Positions 1 through 12,200 of a stretch of 64,000 nt of DNA are shown piece after piece. The DNA is from Hemiscyllium ocellatum (Eukaryota), in the NCBI RefSeq assembly GCF_020745735.1, contig NC_083435.1:13485201-13549200 (forward strand). Reading direction: 5' to 3'. A program made the translations under genes and the position numbers. Each line of letters opens with the position of its first letter. The first letter of the stretch is position 1. A model generated the notes under the pieces. The model saw nothing but the letters and a program-made list of their open reading frames with translations, had not been told where the DNA came from and did no database searches.

Positions 1-925
1 ATTCCCGTTGACAATGACGACATAAAAATCCAGGCCAATGGCTCTGCTATCTCCTCCCTAGCTTCCCATAGGATCCTGGGGTAAATGCCATCAGGCCCAG
101 GAGACTTATCTATATTCATCCTTTCCAATATTCCCAAAACCTCTTCCCTGCATATTTCCAGGGCATCCATTCTAATTATTTGTGATTCCATATTCACATC
201 AGCAACAGTGTCCTGTTCCTGAGTGAATACTGATGAAAAGTACTGATTTAATGTCTCTCCAATCTCCTCCGCCTCCACACACAACTTCCCACTACTATCC
301 TTGACTGGACCGATACCTACCCTAGTCATCCTTTTATTCTTGACACACCTATAGAAAGCCTTTGGGTTTTCCCTAATCCTACCAGCTAAAGACTTTTCAT
401 GTCCCCTTCTCGCTTTTCTTAGCTCCCTCTTTAGCTCCTTCCTGGCTACCTTATAACTCTCAATCGCCCCTACTGAACCTTCACGCCTCATCTTTACATA
501 TGCCGCCTTCTTCCCTTTCACAAGGGACTCCAATTCCTTACTAAACCACGGCTGCCTCACAAGGCCCTTTACACCATGCCTGACTGGTACATACCTATCG
601 AGGACACGCAGTAGCTGCTCCTTGAACAATCCCCACATCTCATTAGTGTTCTTCTCCTGAAGCCTGTTTTTCCAATCCACACAACCTAAGTCATGCCTCA
701 CTGCATCATAATTTCCCTGCCCCCAGCTATAGCTCTTGCCCTGCTGCGCACGATTATCCCTCTCCATCACTAAAGTAAAAGTCACCGAGTTGTGGTCACT
801 GTCCCCGAAGTGCTCACCTACCTCCAAGTCTAACACCTGGCCTGGTTCATTACCTAGAACCAAATCCAATATAGCCTCCCCTCTTGTTGGCCTGTCGACA
901 TATTGTGTCAGGAAACCCTGTTATT
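1..925 (-). mobile_element. CR1-type LINE fragment (ORF2 endonuclease to RT linker)
   Basis: Reverse complement encodes the DKSPGPDGIYPRILWEAREEIAEPL-type motif also seen in ORF 11906..12547. Confidence 0.85.
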
Positions 926-1367
926 ATATGCTAATAACAGGGACAACCAATAAAGAGCATGTAGAGAACTTAGACATTTCTCCAAGGCACGTGTACACCT
1001 GAGAAGAAACATGTTTGTTCCTAGCATCCCTAAATGACCTACTAGACTACAGAGTGAACAAAACCATTTTACAACATTTGGAAGAAGAAGTGAGGATGGT
1101 CAAAAGTAGTTAGGAGCTTAGGTCTTTTTTCAATTGGTGAACTATTATGGAAAGTTCTTACGTACCATGACCTCCATCTTGGCACCCTTACATTTGCAAC
1201 TGAGAGAGACTCAGCCTTGGACATTGCCTCGTAACCAGAATTTAACCTTCAGGGAAGTGAAGAAGCAGCTATCATTTTCTAAGTTTTGATCCCACGTGAG
1301 ATCAGGAGCTGATGTGCGATTCCTCCACAAATGGTCTCGGTGTTGGCTTACAGTTGGCCCAACGGAG

Positions 1368-2808
1368 CGGAACCAGCATACAGACGAGTCAAGGAAGTCC
1401 ACAAAAGACTAAAGCACATAGTAGAGGGCTCACGCCACTCCATTCACTCCAACCAAGAATTCCTGAACATTATTAAAGACACCAAGATAGAAGAGGATGA
1501 AATAATGGTCCCCTTTGATGTAACAGCTCTGTTCACACCCATTAACGTCAACCTGGCCAAAGAAACACTGACTACATTACTAAACGAACCAAAGGCACAA
1601 ACAACAACCAGCATCAACTTCATCAGCAAAAGTAACATTGTCAAGCTAGTGGACCTGTGCCTTACCACCCACTTCACATTCAATAACAAGACCTATAAAG
1701 AAATCAATGAAACACCCATGGGATCACCAATATTAGGTTCCTAGCAGAAGTAGTCATGCTAAGATTGAGAAAAAGCAGCTCTCCCCACCATCCAACCCAA
1801 ACTTGGATCCGCTACGTGGATGCCACCTTTGACATCACCAAAAAAATCAAATTAGAGGAAACCTACAATACCCTCGATAATATCTTCACTGGCATACAAT
1901 TCACAAAAGAGGAGGAGAACCATAACAAAATGCCATTCCTAGATGTCACATTAAAGCAAACAGTCAATGGGAAACTTCAAACCAGTGTCTACAGGAAAAC
2001 AACACACACAGACAAAACACTTAACTACAGAAGCAATCATTCCAACACTAAAAAATGAAGCTGCAATAGGACATTATTTCAATGAGCCACCACAAACTGC
2101 AGCACTAAGGAATTGTGAAGAACAGAAGAATAGGTAGCCAATAAACACAGTCTGCTGATTCCTCAGCAACAAACCCAAACAAGCAAACACAACGTGCCCA
2201 GAAACCCTAGCCATTTTGCTCTACATCACAGACACCTCGGAAATGACTTCCAGATTACTCAGATCTCTTGGCATCATGGTAGCCCACAAAACTACCAACG
2301 CACTAAAACAGCAGCTAATGGACTTAAAAGACTCTCTACTAACGACAAGCAAAACGGATATAACTTGCAAAATACCTTGCAAGGACTGTAATAAACACTA
2401 CATCAGACACACAGGTAGAAAACTAGCCACCAAGATACATGAGCATCAACTTGCCACAAAAGGACATGACCCACTATCACTAGTATCCTTACATAAGACG
2501 AAGAAGGACACCACTTTGACTGGGACAGCACATCCATTCTAGGACAAGCCAAACAGAGACACACATGAGGATTCCTTGAAGCATGATATCCAACTGAAAC
2601 TCTATCAATAAACACATTGATGTGAACCCCATCTACCATCCTCTGAGAAAAAGAATCAGTTATGACATCACCCACCCAAAGAAACCTAAACACATAAATA
2701 GAAAATGGATCACCAACACCAGTGCTTCACCAGAGGCTCACTAACGATGTTACCTCATATGGTGATGAAACATCTGAAAATGAGCCTTCCAGCTCAGTGA
2801 GCAAACTT
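1368..2808 (+). mobile_element. Penelope-like element, Poseidon-type, 5'-truncated and decayed (RT + GIY-YIG)
   Basis: ORFs with FDVTALFT, PMGSP, WIRYVD, PFLDV and KIPCKDC..HY..TGR..HEH; degenerate hammerhead at 2737..2777. Confidence 0.88.
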
Positions 2809-3140
2809 ACATCCAGAGCAAATGTAAGTCAAGTGTTCCAGCATAATCCAAAGTGTCCATTCTTGAAAAATTTGCAGATTTTCAAACAGAACAATTTTCA
2901 CAATTGTTTAAACATAAGTTCATTAACAAAAAAAAATCACCATCATAACAAACGCTAGAAACATTGAAAGGAGAATGTTTATCAAGGGCAATCTTTAATA
3001 TCAGTTTCTGATCTGACTGAGATGTGTTAGAGAACCTGAGAAGACTTCTTAGATACAAACTGACTTCATGTCATGCACTTTACCACTTTGGTCATTCCTC
3101 GTGGAGCCCTCGTGCAGTTTTTTCAATAGTTCTTGGAATC

Positions 3141-3290
3141 CTAATGAAAGATGGCTTGGCCATAGGAGACATGTTGACTTGAAGAGGTGGTTTCTGTACC
3201 AGCACTCAGCACTGTGCTGTACACAGGTACACAGGAGATTTGGCTTTTGAATGGCAGAACTGTCTCGTGCCTTGGACCTGTAGATATTTC
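3141..3290 (-). CDS. Gene A terminal coding exon EISTGPRHETVLPFKSQISCVPVYSTVLSAGTETTSSSQHVSYGQAIFH*
   Basis: Acceptor CATTCTTCCTAG/GAA in phase 0, TAG at 3143..3141, Tyr motifs PVYSTV and VSYGQA. Candidate ATTAAA poly(A) signal on the minus strand at 2999..2994. Confidence 0.6.
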   Translation of the reverse strand, partial: EISTGPRHETVLPFKSQISCVPVYSTVLSAGTETTSSSQHVSYGQAIFH

Positions 3291-6200
3291 CTAGGAAGAA
3301 TGTTTTATTAATTTTCAAAAGTAGACTCCATTTATAAAAAAAATCTTTATATACAAACATAGCCACTCTACAGTCTTTGCAAGGAGGTCAAACAAAACCT
3401 AGGGTATTTCTTATTTATGCAAGATACCATTTACTAAGGTACTGGGAGGGTCAGATAACTTAATGCAGCCCTATTTAACTTCAGAAGAAGCACCTTAGGT
3501 GGTGTTCTTTCCCATGATGCTTTGGCAGCAGCTACGCCAAGCTGGATTGCATCTATCAGCATGCAGCCCTGGACCTTGGAATGTGCCAGTCTTCAAAACT
3601 CGGTCAAGGTCAACTCCCTGCTCTGGAAGACCAACAAGTTTCAAGTAGACTGAAGAGTGTTTTTCATAGAATTGATGATCCTCCAGGCACAGTCAATCTT
3701 TAGAAACACTCACAGAAACCTCAAAGAGCCTCAGAAAAACTGAAACCCATGCTATTCAGGAGGGAAACTTATTACTAGTAGGAATCATAGTTTGTGGTTG
3801 TTTTCAATTATCTTCTAACCCATGGCAACTGCTGCCTGAGCTCCTCAACATAGTGTTCTGGACCAAAGCCACTGTATTACAGATCAATTTTCCAATATAT
3901 GATCAGAAATAGGGAAGTTCACTGTTAGAACATGGATCATAGAACATACAACAATACAGCACAGAACAGGCCCTTCAGCCCACAATGTTGTACCGACCAC
4001 TGATCCTCATGTAAGGTAAACCTAATGTACGAACCCTCAAATTTCTGTGACCATATGCATGTCCAGCAGTCTCTTAAATATCCCCAATGACTTCACTTCC
4101 ACAACTGCTGCTGGCAATGCATTCCATGCTCTCACAACTCTCTGCGTAAAGAACCCGCCTCTGACATCCCCTTTATACTTTCCGCCAAACAGCTTAAAAC
4201 TATGACCCCTTGTGTTAACAATTTCTGCCCTGGGAAAAAGTCTCAGGCTATCAACTCTATCTATGCCTCTCATTATCTTGTACACCTCAATTAGGTCCCC
4301 TCTTTTCCTTCTTTTTTCCAATGAAAAAAGTCTGAGCTCAGTCAACCTCTCTTTGTAATATAAGCCCTCCATTCCAGGCAGCATCCTGGTAAACCTCCTC
4401 TGAACCCTCTCCAAAGCATCCACATCTTTCCTATAATAGGGCGACCAGACCTGGACACAGTATCCCAAGTGCGATCTAACCAAAGTTTTAGAGAGCTGCA
4501 ACAAGGTCTCACAGCTCTTCAACTCAATCCCCCTGTTAATGAAAGCAAAACACCACATGCTTTCTTAACAACCCTGTCCACCTGGATGGCAATTTTAAGT
4601 GATCTATGTCACCTGAACACCAAAATCCCGCTGTCCCTCCACACTGCCAAGAATTGATTACACAATGCTAAGTAACATTCGAAGGTCCTCAAATATTGAA
4701 GTGTTCCACGTCCATATGCAACAAGATCTGGACAACATTCAGATTTAAATAGTGTTCACACTACACAATTTTTGGATAGTGACCATCGCTAACAAAAGGT
4801 GATACATCCATCTCCCCTTCATATTCAGTGCTGTTCCCGTCCCTGAATCCTCCGCAGTCAACATTCTGGGGAGTTGTCATTGTCAAGAAACTGAACGGTG
4901 CCAACTACATAAATGCTGTGGTTGCCAGAGCACATCAGAGGCTGGGCATTCTGTGGTCATTCCTGACTCTCCAAAGTCTGTCCACCATGTGCAAGACACA
5001 GGTCAGGAATGTGATGGAAAACCACTCATTTTCCCAGATGAGGGAATCCCAACAACGCTCAAAAAGTGCTGACCATCCATACAAAGAAACCTGCTTGATT
5101 GGCACACCATTCACTACCGAAGGCATTCATTCCTTTCATCACAGGCACAGTGGCAGCTGTGCATACCAGTTATAAGATGCAGCAACCCATCAAGTTCCCA
5201 TAACCACAATGTTGGAGAAAATTACTGCAGATGCCACAATTTCCTGTTAGCAGTATCTTTCAAATCTCTGGCAACTTTTTTAAAAAAAGGACAGCAGACA
5301 CAAGAGAACACTATCACCACAAGTCCCATTCCAAGTTGCTCTCCGTCCTATAATGCAGTTCTATCGCTGGGTCAAAATCCAAGTATTCCCTCATCCACAG
5401 TCCTTTGGACATACTTGCATCACTTTGAATGCTGTCAACTAAAGAGGCTTCACACTAAAGACACTAAGACGCAAGCAATAAATTCTGATCACATTACATT
5501 TGTGGATTTAAAATACACCTATTTGATAGCTGAAAGTATTAAGGCAAGGACCTTGCTACTCAGAGGCAAAAAAATTGTTCAACTGGTCCGAGTAAGTAAG
5601 TCTGTAACATTATTTCAAATAACAATTTTAAAATGTTCTTACCTGAGCTTCAATTTCGTCTGAAATAGAAACAGACAGGGATGCACAGTTACAAAATGCA
5701 AATTAGTTATCTTTGCCCTCAAACAACTGAGCACACTTTCCACTTCCTCTCCTCAACCCCTCCTTCATTCCTGTCATAAGGATACTGGCACTGGGGTTGG
5801 ATACATTTCTCGGAGTGCTCACTTTGCAATTATACTTCATGCAAATGAACATTCCTCTTACATGGAATTTAAGCAGACAGTTCAGAATTCTCTGCACAAC
5901 GTTCCTTTCACACTGTCCAGGTACATATTGAGAATCACCAACCCCATAATTTTTCCAAGTCACCCAGGCTATGGACTAGGAGGAGACCATTCAGCCCCTT
6001 TATCCTGCTCCCCCATTCAGCTAGACCATGGCTGCTCTGTCGACTTACCTGCATGGCCACACTTGACAAAGAAAAATCTGTCCAATTCAATTTTGAATTT
6101 TCAATTTCCCCATTCGGGTTTTTTGCGAGGACAAGGTTCCAACACCCTTGATGTGAAAATGTGATTCCCAGGACATCATTGCTTTGAAGTGTAGTCAACA

Positions 6201-9200
6201 TCATAGTGTAGGGAACACAGTGGACAGTTGATGCAGTTACTCCTAAGGTTTGTGCAAAGATTTGTAGCTCGGGTGCTCGTTGTTGTGGTTCTGTTCGCCG
6301 AGCTGGAAGTTTTTGTTGCAAACGTTTCGTCCCCTGGCTAGGAGACATCATCAGTGCTCTGGAGCCTCCTGCGAAGTGCTTCTTTGATGTTTCTTCCGGT
6401 ATTTATAGTGGTCTGTCCTTGCCGCTTCTGGGTGTCAGTTTCAGCTGTCCGCTGTAGTGGTTGGTATATTGGGTCCAGGTCGATGTGTTTGTTGATGGAG
6501 TTTGTGGATGAATGCCATGCCTCTAGGAATTCCCTGGCTGTTCTCTGTCTGGCTTGCCCTATGATAGTAGTGTTTTCCCAGTCGAATTCATGTTGCTTGT
6601 TGTCTGAGTGTGTGGCTACTAGGGATAGCTGGTCGTGTCGTTTCGTGGCTAGTTGATGTTCATGTATGCGGATTGTTAGCTGTCTTCCTGTTTGTCCTGT
6701 GTAGTGTTTTGTGCAGTCCTTGCATGGTATTTTGTAAACTACATTAGTTTTGCTCATGTTGGGTATTGGCTCCTTTGTTCTAGTAAGTTGTTGTCTGAGC
6801 GTGGCTGTTGGTTTGTGTGCCGTTATGAGTCCTAAGGGTCGCAGTAGTCTGGCTGTCAGTTCTGAAACGCTCCTGATGTATGGTAGTGTGGCTAGTCCTT
6901 TTGGTTGTGGCCACAAGGTTGTGGCCAAAACACTATATAGGACAAACAGGAAGACAGCTAACAATCCGCATACATGAACATCAACTAGCCATGAAATGAC
7001 ACGACCAGCTTATCCTAGTAGCCACACACTCAGACAACAAGCAACATGAATTCGACTGGGAAAACACTACTATCATAGGGCAAGCCAGACAGAGAACAGC
7101 CAGGGAATTCCTAGAGGCATGGCATTCATCCACAAACTCCATCAACAAACACATCGACCTGGACCCAATATACCAACCACTACAGCAGACAGCTGAAACT
7201 GACACCCGGAAGCGGCAAGGACAGACCACTATAAATACCGGAAGAAACATCAAAGAAGCACTTCGCAGGAGGCTCCAGAGCACTGATGATGTCTCCTAGC
7301 CAGGGGACGAAACGTTTGCAACAAAAACTTCCAGCTCGGCGAACAGAACCACAACAGTTACTCCTAAATACAGCACTGTGATAGATGGATCTGAAATGGC
7401 CCGCCTTATTCTTTTTCTTCTTCTTCTTCTTAGGCAGTCCCCTATGGTCAAGGAAACCTGCCTTCCTGCTATAAATGACCTCTCAGGTGACTGAAGAGTC
7501 CACAGCATGACTCGGTCTCTGCCATAGGGGGGATAGAGGCTGGTTGGGGGGCATGTTAGAATTCCTTTCTCCGTCAATGCTTGACCTCAGCTTGCCATCA
7601 GTGATGAGACTTCAGGCATGTGGACCCTTCCCAGATGCTTTCCTTCCACTTCTTATGTCTTGAGCATGACTTTCCACTGCACCAATGGGATTCTGCACTT
7701 CTTCAGGGAGGCATTCAGGGTACCCTTGAAGCATTTCTTCTGCCTTCCTGGGGATCAGTTGTCACACTGAAGGTCCAAGTCGAATTCTTCTTCGGGAGCC
7801 TCATGTCAGATTCACAGATGGTGTGGCCGCCCAGCAGAGCAGATCATGGCTTGTCAAAGCTTCGATGCTGCAAATATGGGACTCAACACAAATGTTGACA
7901 TTCGGGGAAGCAATGGCCTAGTGCTACTATCGCTGGACTGTTAATCCTGGGACCCAGGTAATGTTCTGGGGATCTGGGTTCGAATCCCACCACAGCAGAT
8001 AGTGGAATTTTAATTCAATCAATATCTGGAAGGGAGAGTCTAATGTTGACCATAAATCCATTGTTGATTGTTGGGAAAAACCCATCTGGTTTGCTAAGGT
8101 CCTTTAGGGAAGGAAATTGCCATTCGAACCTACATGTGACTCCAGTCCCACAGCAAGTTGGTTGACTCTTAACCTAAGAATGGGCAATAAATGCTGGCCT
8201 ACCAATGGTGCCCACACCCCATGAATGAATGTTTTAAAAATGGTCTGCCAGTCCTTTTAATGGATTTGCAGAATATTGCTGAGGCAGTTTTGGTTGTAAC
8301 TCTCCAGGGTTTTGACATTCCTGTTGGGCGCAGGCCACATTTCTGAGCCATATAGGAGGGCAGGTATTGCTACTGCTCTGCAGACAATAAGCTTGTTGCC
8401 AGTTATGGGGGTTCTGGTCTTCAAACACTGTCTTTCTCAAGTGAGCAAGTACTGCACTGAGACAGTGAAGATTTTGTTGAACATTATTGATGTCTGACCT
8501 AGTTGACAGTTGGCTCCCAAGTTATGGAGACTACTCCATGTTGTCCAGTGCCACATTTTGATAACCAGGGACAGGTTAGTTGAGTAACTTATGAACGTTT
8601 AGTATAAGGGCTGTGCTGCTGTACATGTTCCTGTGTTAATGTTGGCTTGGAGTGAGTGCAAGCATTTGTCTGCATGCTGTAGTTCAGCGACAGAGGATGT
8701 GGTGACCATGGAAATGGCTGAGCTAGAGATCTGGACAGCATATCAGCAAGAACCCCCTAACTGCATCACCATAGGGTCTTTTATGCCCAACTGAGCAGGC
8801 CAACTCAGCATTGGTTTCAGATAGTGTCTGGAAGACAGTATCTTAAACAGCTCAGAATTAAGGGAAGTGCCATCCTCAGGTTTTTTCCTTCACTTTAAGG
8901 AGTGGGACATGCAACCTGAACATTCTGAGACAGAGGCAAGAGTTCATTTTATTGCCCTAGATCAAGGACAATGAAGGGTTTTCTTTCAGGTGAGATTGTA
9001 ATTTTACAGACTGTTCATAAGTAATTTCACACCCATGTGAAACAGCTATTTATAGAATAGATATTTAAGCACCACTATGAAGTGCAACATAGCAGCAAAG
9101 TTAAATTAGTCCAAAAAAAACAGCAGGTTCAACATTTCACCAGAAAATTGTCTGAGTATAAGAAACGGACTTAAAAAAAATTACCGTATAAACAGTCATT

Positions 9201-12200
9201 TCCTTTCATCCGTGTGACTATGTGTGACCTGCAAGACAAGATTATGTTGAAGACAATTACAGATTGCATATTGCTATGTTGTAAAAGCCAATTTGTAGTG
9301 AAAACTGAAACATTCCATACTTACTCTTTTAGCCTTGATAAAGCTAAATTAAAAGGAAAGTTCATAAAATTAGGGAAATTTAAGACACTTTCTTATGTCT
9401 CTCTGCTAATTACAGTTTTTAAGTTATTGTAAATACATATGTAAATAAATGTAACTCACAATAATGTACACCAAGCTCGCCACAACTGTACAATTATAGT
9501 TATCAGAAATAGCAGAAAACATATAACTGCTTCTGCATTTCACCATACCTTTATGCTGACAGTATAGTCGAGAGAGTAAGACAATGATCACAAGAGTGAA
9601 TAATCCCAGGAGTCCCAGCATCAGTGAAAATAATTGACCGAAGTTCAATAGAGGACGATCAGCTCTATTTTCTGGTGAAGGACAACAAAGATGTTTCATT
9701 TCACTATGCATGATTGAGCAATTTACATAGCAACCTGAAGCATTTCGGAAAAGGCAATGGGAGAATGATGGTGTACATGTAGTATTCCAATAAAATCAAG
9801 TTAGACATTCTTAAGATAATTCACAACAGCATGCTAGTAAATATTGCAGTGTCTATGAACTCAATACAGCTTGTTAAATATTCCTGAAGGAATAAACTAA
9901 ATACAGCTAAAGTTTCCAGTAACATTCAATCAATGCAATTACCTCAAGTTCAGTAATTCAACAAAGTGGAAACTTATATCCCTGACTGGTGGGTTAGAAT
10001 AAAATTTTAAACTCCCGCTCCCCCCCCCACCTCAAAGCCCACTGTCGGTTAGCCACAAGATCTCAATTAAACTATTCAATTTCTGAACAGTCACTCATAG
10101 GAGAGGACTTGCAGATGGCTGAAAAAAAGAGGAAAGGTTGCCAAAATGTTTTATCTTGAACTCAATAGGACTAATGAAAGATTTCCAAATTTCAAGCTAT
10201 CACAATAATTTATACCACAGAAGAAAAAGGAGCTGATTATCTGTCAATCGACTCTGATTGGTTGAGAATGTTCCATGCAGAAAGCAAGGGGGAAATGTAG
10301 GTTCTTCAAACTCTCTGACAATTTTAAAAAAGGTGCAACTTGAACATTTTTTGATCAGAAATTAGGTCCCAGTGTGTGAATGCATATGGTACTTAGTAAA
10401 GGTAAATGAGCCTGTTAGAAACTTATCTGATAGTTTTAAATTGGTTGGTCGTGTAGCTATGAGCACAAGCAGGACTTCGATCATTTGAAATTTGTCATTC
10501 TTGCATTTGGTGAATGCAGGAGGGAACATCTCTCCCTTTTCCACATGTTGCATGTGTCTTTGGAGGTGATGACTTGTAACAACAACATGACACATGAAGG
10601 TATCAGAGAGCAACATCCCAGTACAGCTTTGAAACTGTCCAGGCAATTGAACAGGTAAGTAACTCATTGCAACTAACTTTGGGCCAAGATCATTACTGAC
10701 ATTAAACTATAAAGTTAGAGATATGGATTGGAGTGGAGATAAGATTTCTGATCACTTTCAGATTTATTAGTAAAGTTCTTGAATCAAAATATATTTAAAA
10801 ACACAGTGACATTTATAAACAACTATTTTCTCACTTGAATCCCAGTAGAAATCCAGGCTGCAGTATTTGATTACATATGATCCCCACTCCCTTATTCAGT
10901 GGGAAAGTGCAAGTCATTGCTCAGTTTGGACATCAGTCACTTGGGGGTCATAGGGATAGGGAGTGGAGAGAGAGGACTTAGTGCTTTAATGTCCCTTACA
11001 GCACTTTACCAACAAGAAGAACATCTTGCATTTGTATAGCATTTTGTATGTCCTAAGGCAATTAATAGTAGCATTAACATAGAAAATTGAGGAAGGGCAT
11101 TAGAAGGGGTTATTAGAAAAGGGTATCGAAAGCTTGGTCAAATAGAATGAGTAATTGACAGAGGACTGTTCAAATTAGGAGCAGCGGTAGGCTACTCAGC
11201 CATTTGAACCTGTTCCAACAATCAATAAGGCTATGGCTGGTCTGATTACACCACATCTCTAACTATTGCTGTTAACCTTTCAGCCTGCAGCTTTTCAATA
11301 GCATGTCCACTCCTGCCTTAAAATGATTCAAGGACTCAGATTTGACACCTTCTGAGAAGACTCAAGTCCCACTGTTAAAAAGAAGCAAATTCTCCTCCTC
11401 ACTTTCATAAATGGGTGAACCTTTAACTTGAAAACAGTGACGCCAAGTTCATGATTCTCCTCTCCAGACCCGCTCTCCATGTATCCCCTGTCAAAGCTCC
11501 TCCGGGATCCTATATAGAGTCACACAGCATGGAAGCAGACCCTTCAGTCCTTGTTGTCCACAAACAGATATCCCAGTCAGACCAGTTGTGAGGGAAGGTC
11601 ACTGGACTCAAAAATGTTAACACTGATTTCTCTCCACAGATGCTACAAGACCTGCTGAGCTTTCCCATCCGTTTCTATTTCTGTTTCCAATCAGACCTTG
11701 AAAACTCAGTTAGGGTGCTTGAGGGTTACAAGGAAGTCAGGAAAGACCTAAAAAGAGAGCTCAGAAGAGCCAGGAGGAGACATAAGAAGTTGTTGGCAGA
11801 TAGGATCAGGGTTAACCCTAAGGCTTTCCATAGGTATGTCAGGAATAAAAGAATGACGAGGGTTAAATTTTAGGGCCAATCAAGGATAATAGTGGGAAGC
11901 TGTGTGTGGAGTCAGAGGAGATAGGGGAAGCACTAAATAAATATTTTTCGACAGTGTTCACTATAGAAAATGAAAATGTTGGCGTGAAAGATACAGAGAT
12001 ACTTGCATCTAGACTAGAAGAGATTGAGGTTCACAAGGAAATGGTATTAGAAATACTGCAGAGTGTGAAAATAGACAAGTCCCCTGGGCCGGATGGGATC
12101 TATCCTAGGATCCTTTGGGAAGCAAGGGAAGAGATTGCTGAGCCTTTGGCATTGATCTTCAAATCATCATTGTCTACAGGAATAGTGCCTGAGGACTGGA

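Larger units (their letters stand above)
6247..7354. mobile_element. Poseidon-type Penelope insertion with inverted arms (minus arm 6247..~6905, plus arm ~6926..7354), TSD CAGTTACTCCTAA
   Basis: GIY-YIG ORF 6338..6964 (-). ORFs 6354..6656(+) and 6981..7283(-) are near-identical, showing ~430-bp inverted arms. 13-bp direct repeats at 6234..6246 and 7355..7367. Confidence 0.92.

Noticed and set aside
3804-3871. Alternative terminal exon for gene A (MALVQNTMLRSSGSSCHGLEDN*)
   Set aside because: Poor polypyrimidine tract, depends on the uncertain 40-nt exon, no signalling motif
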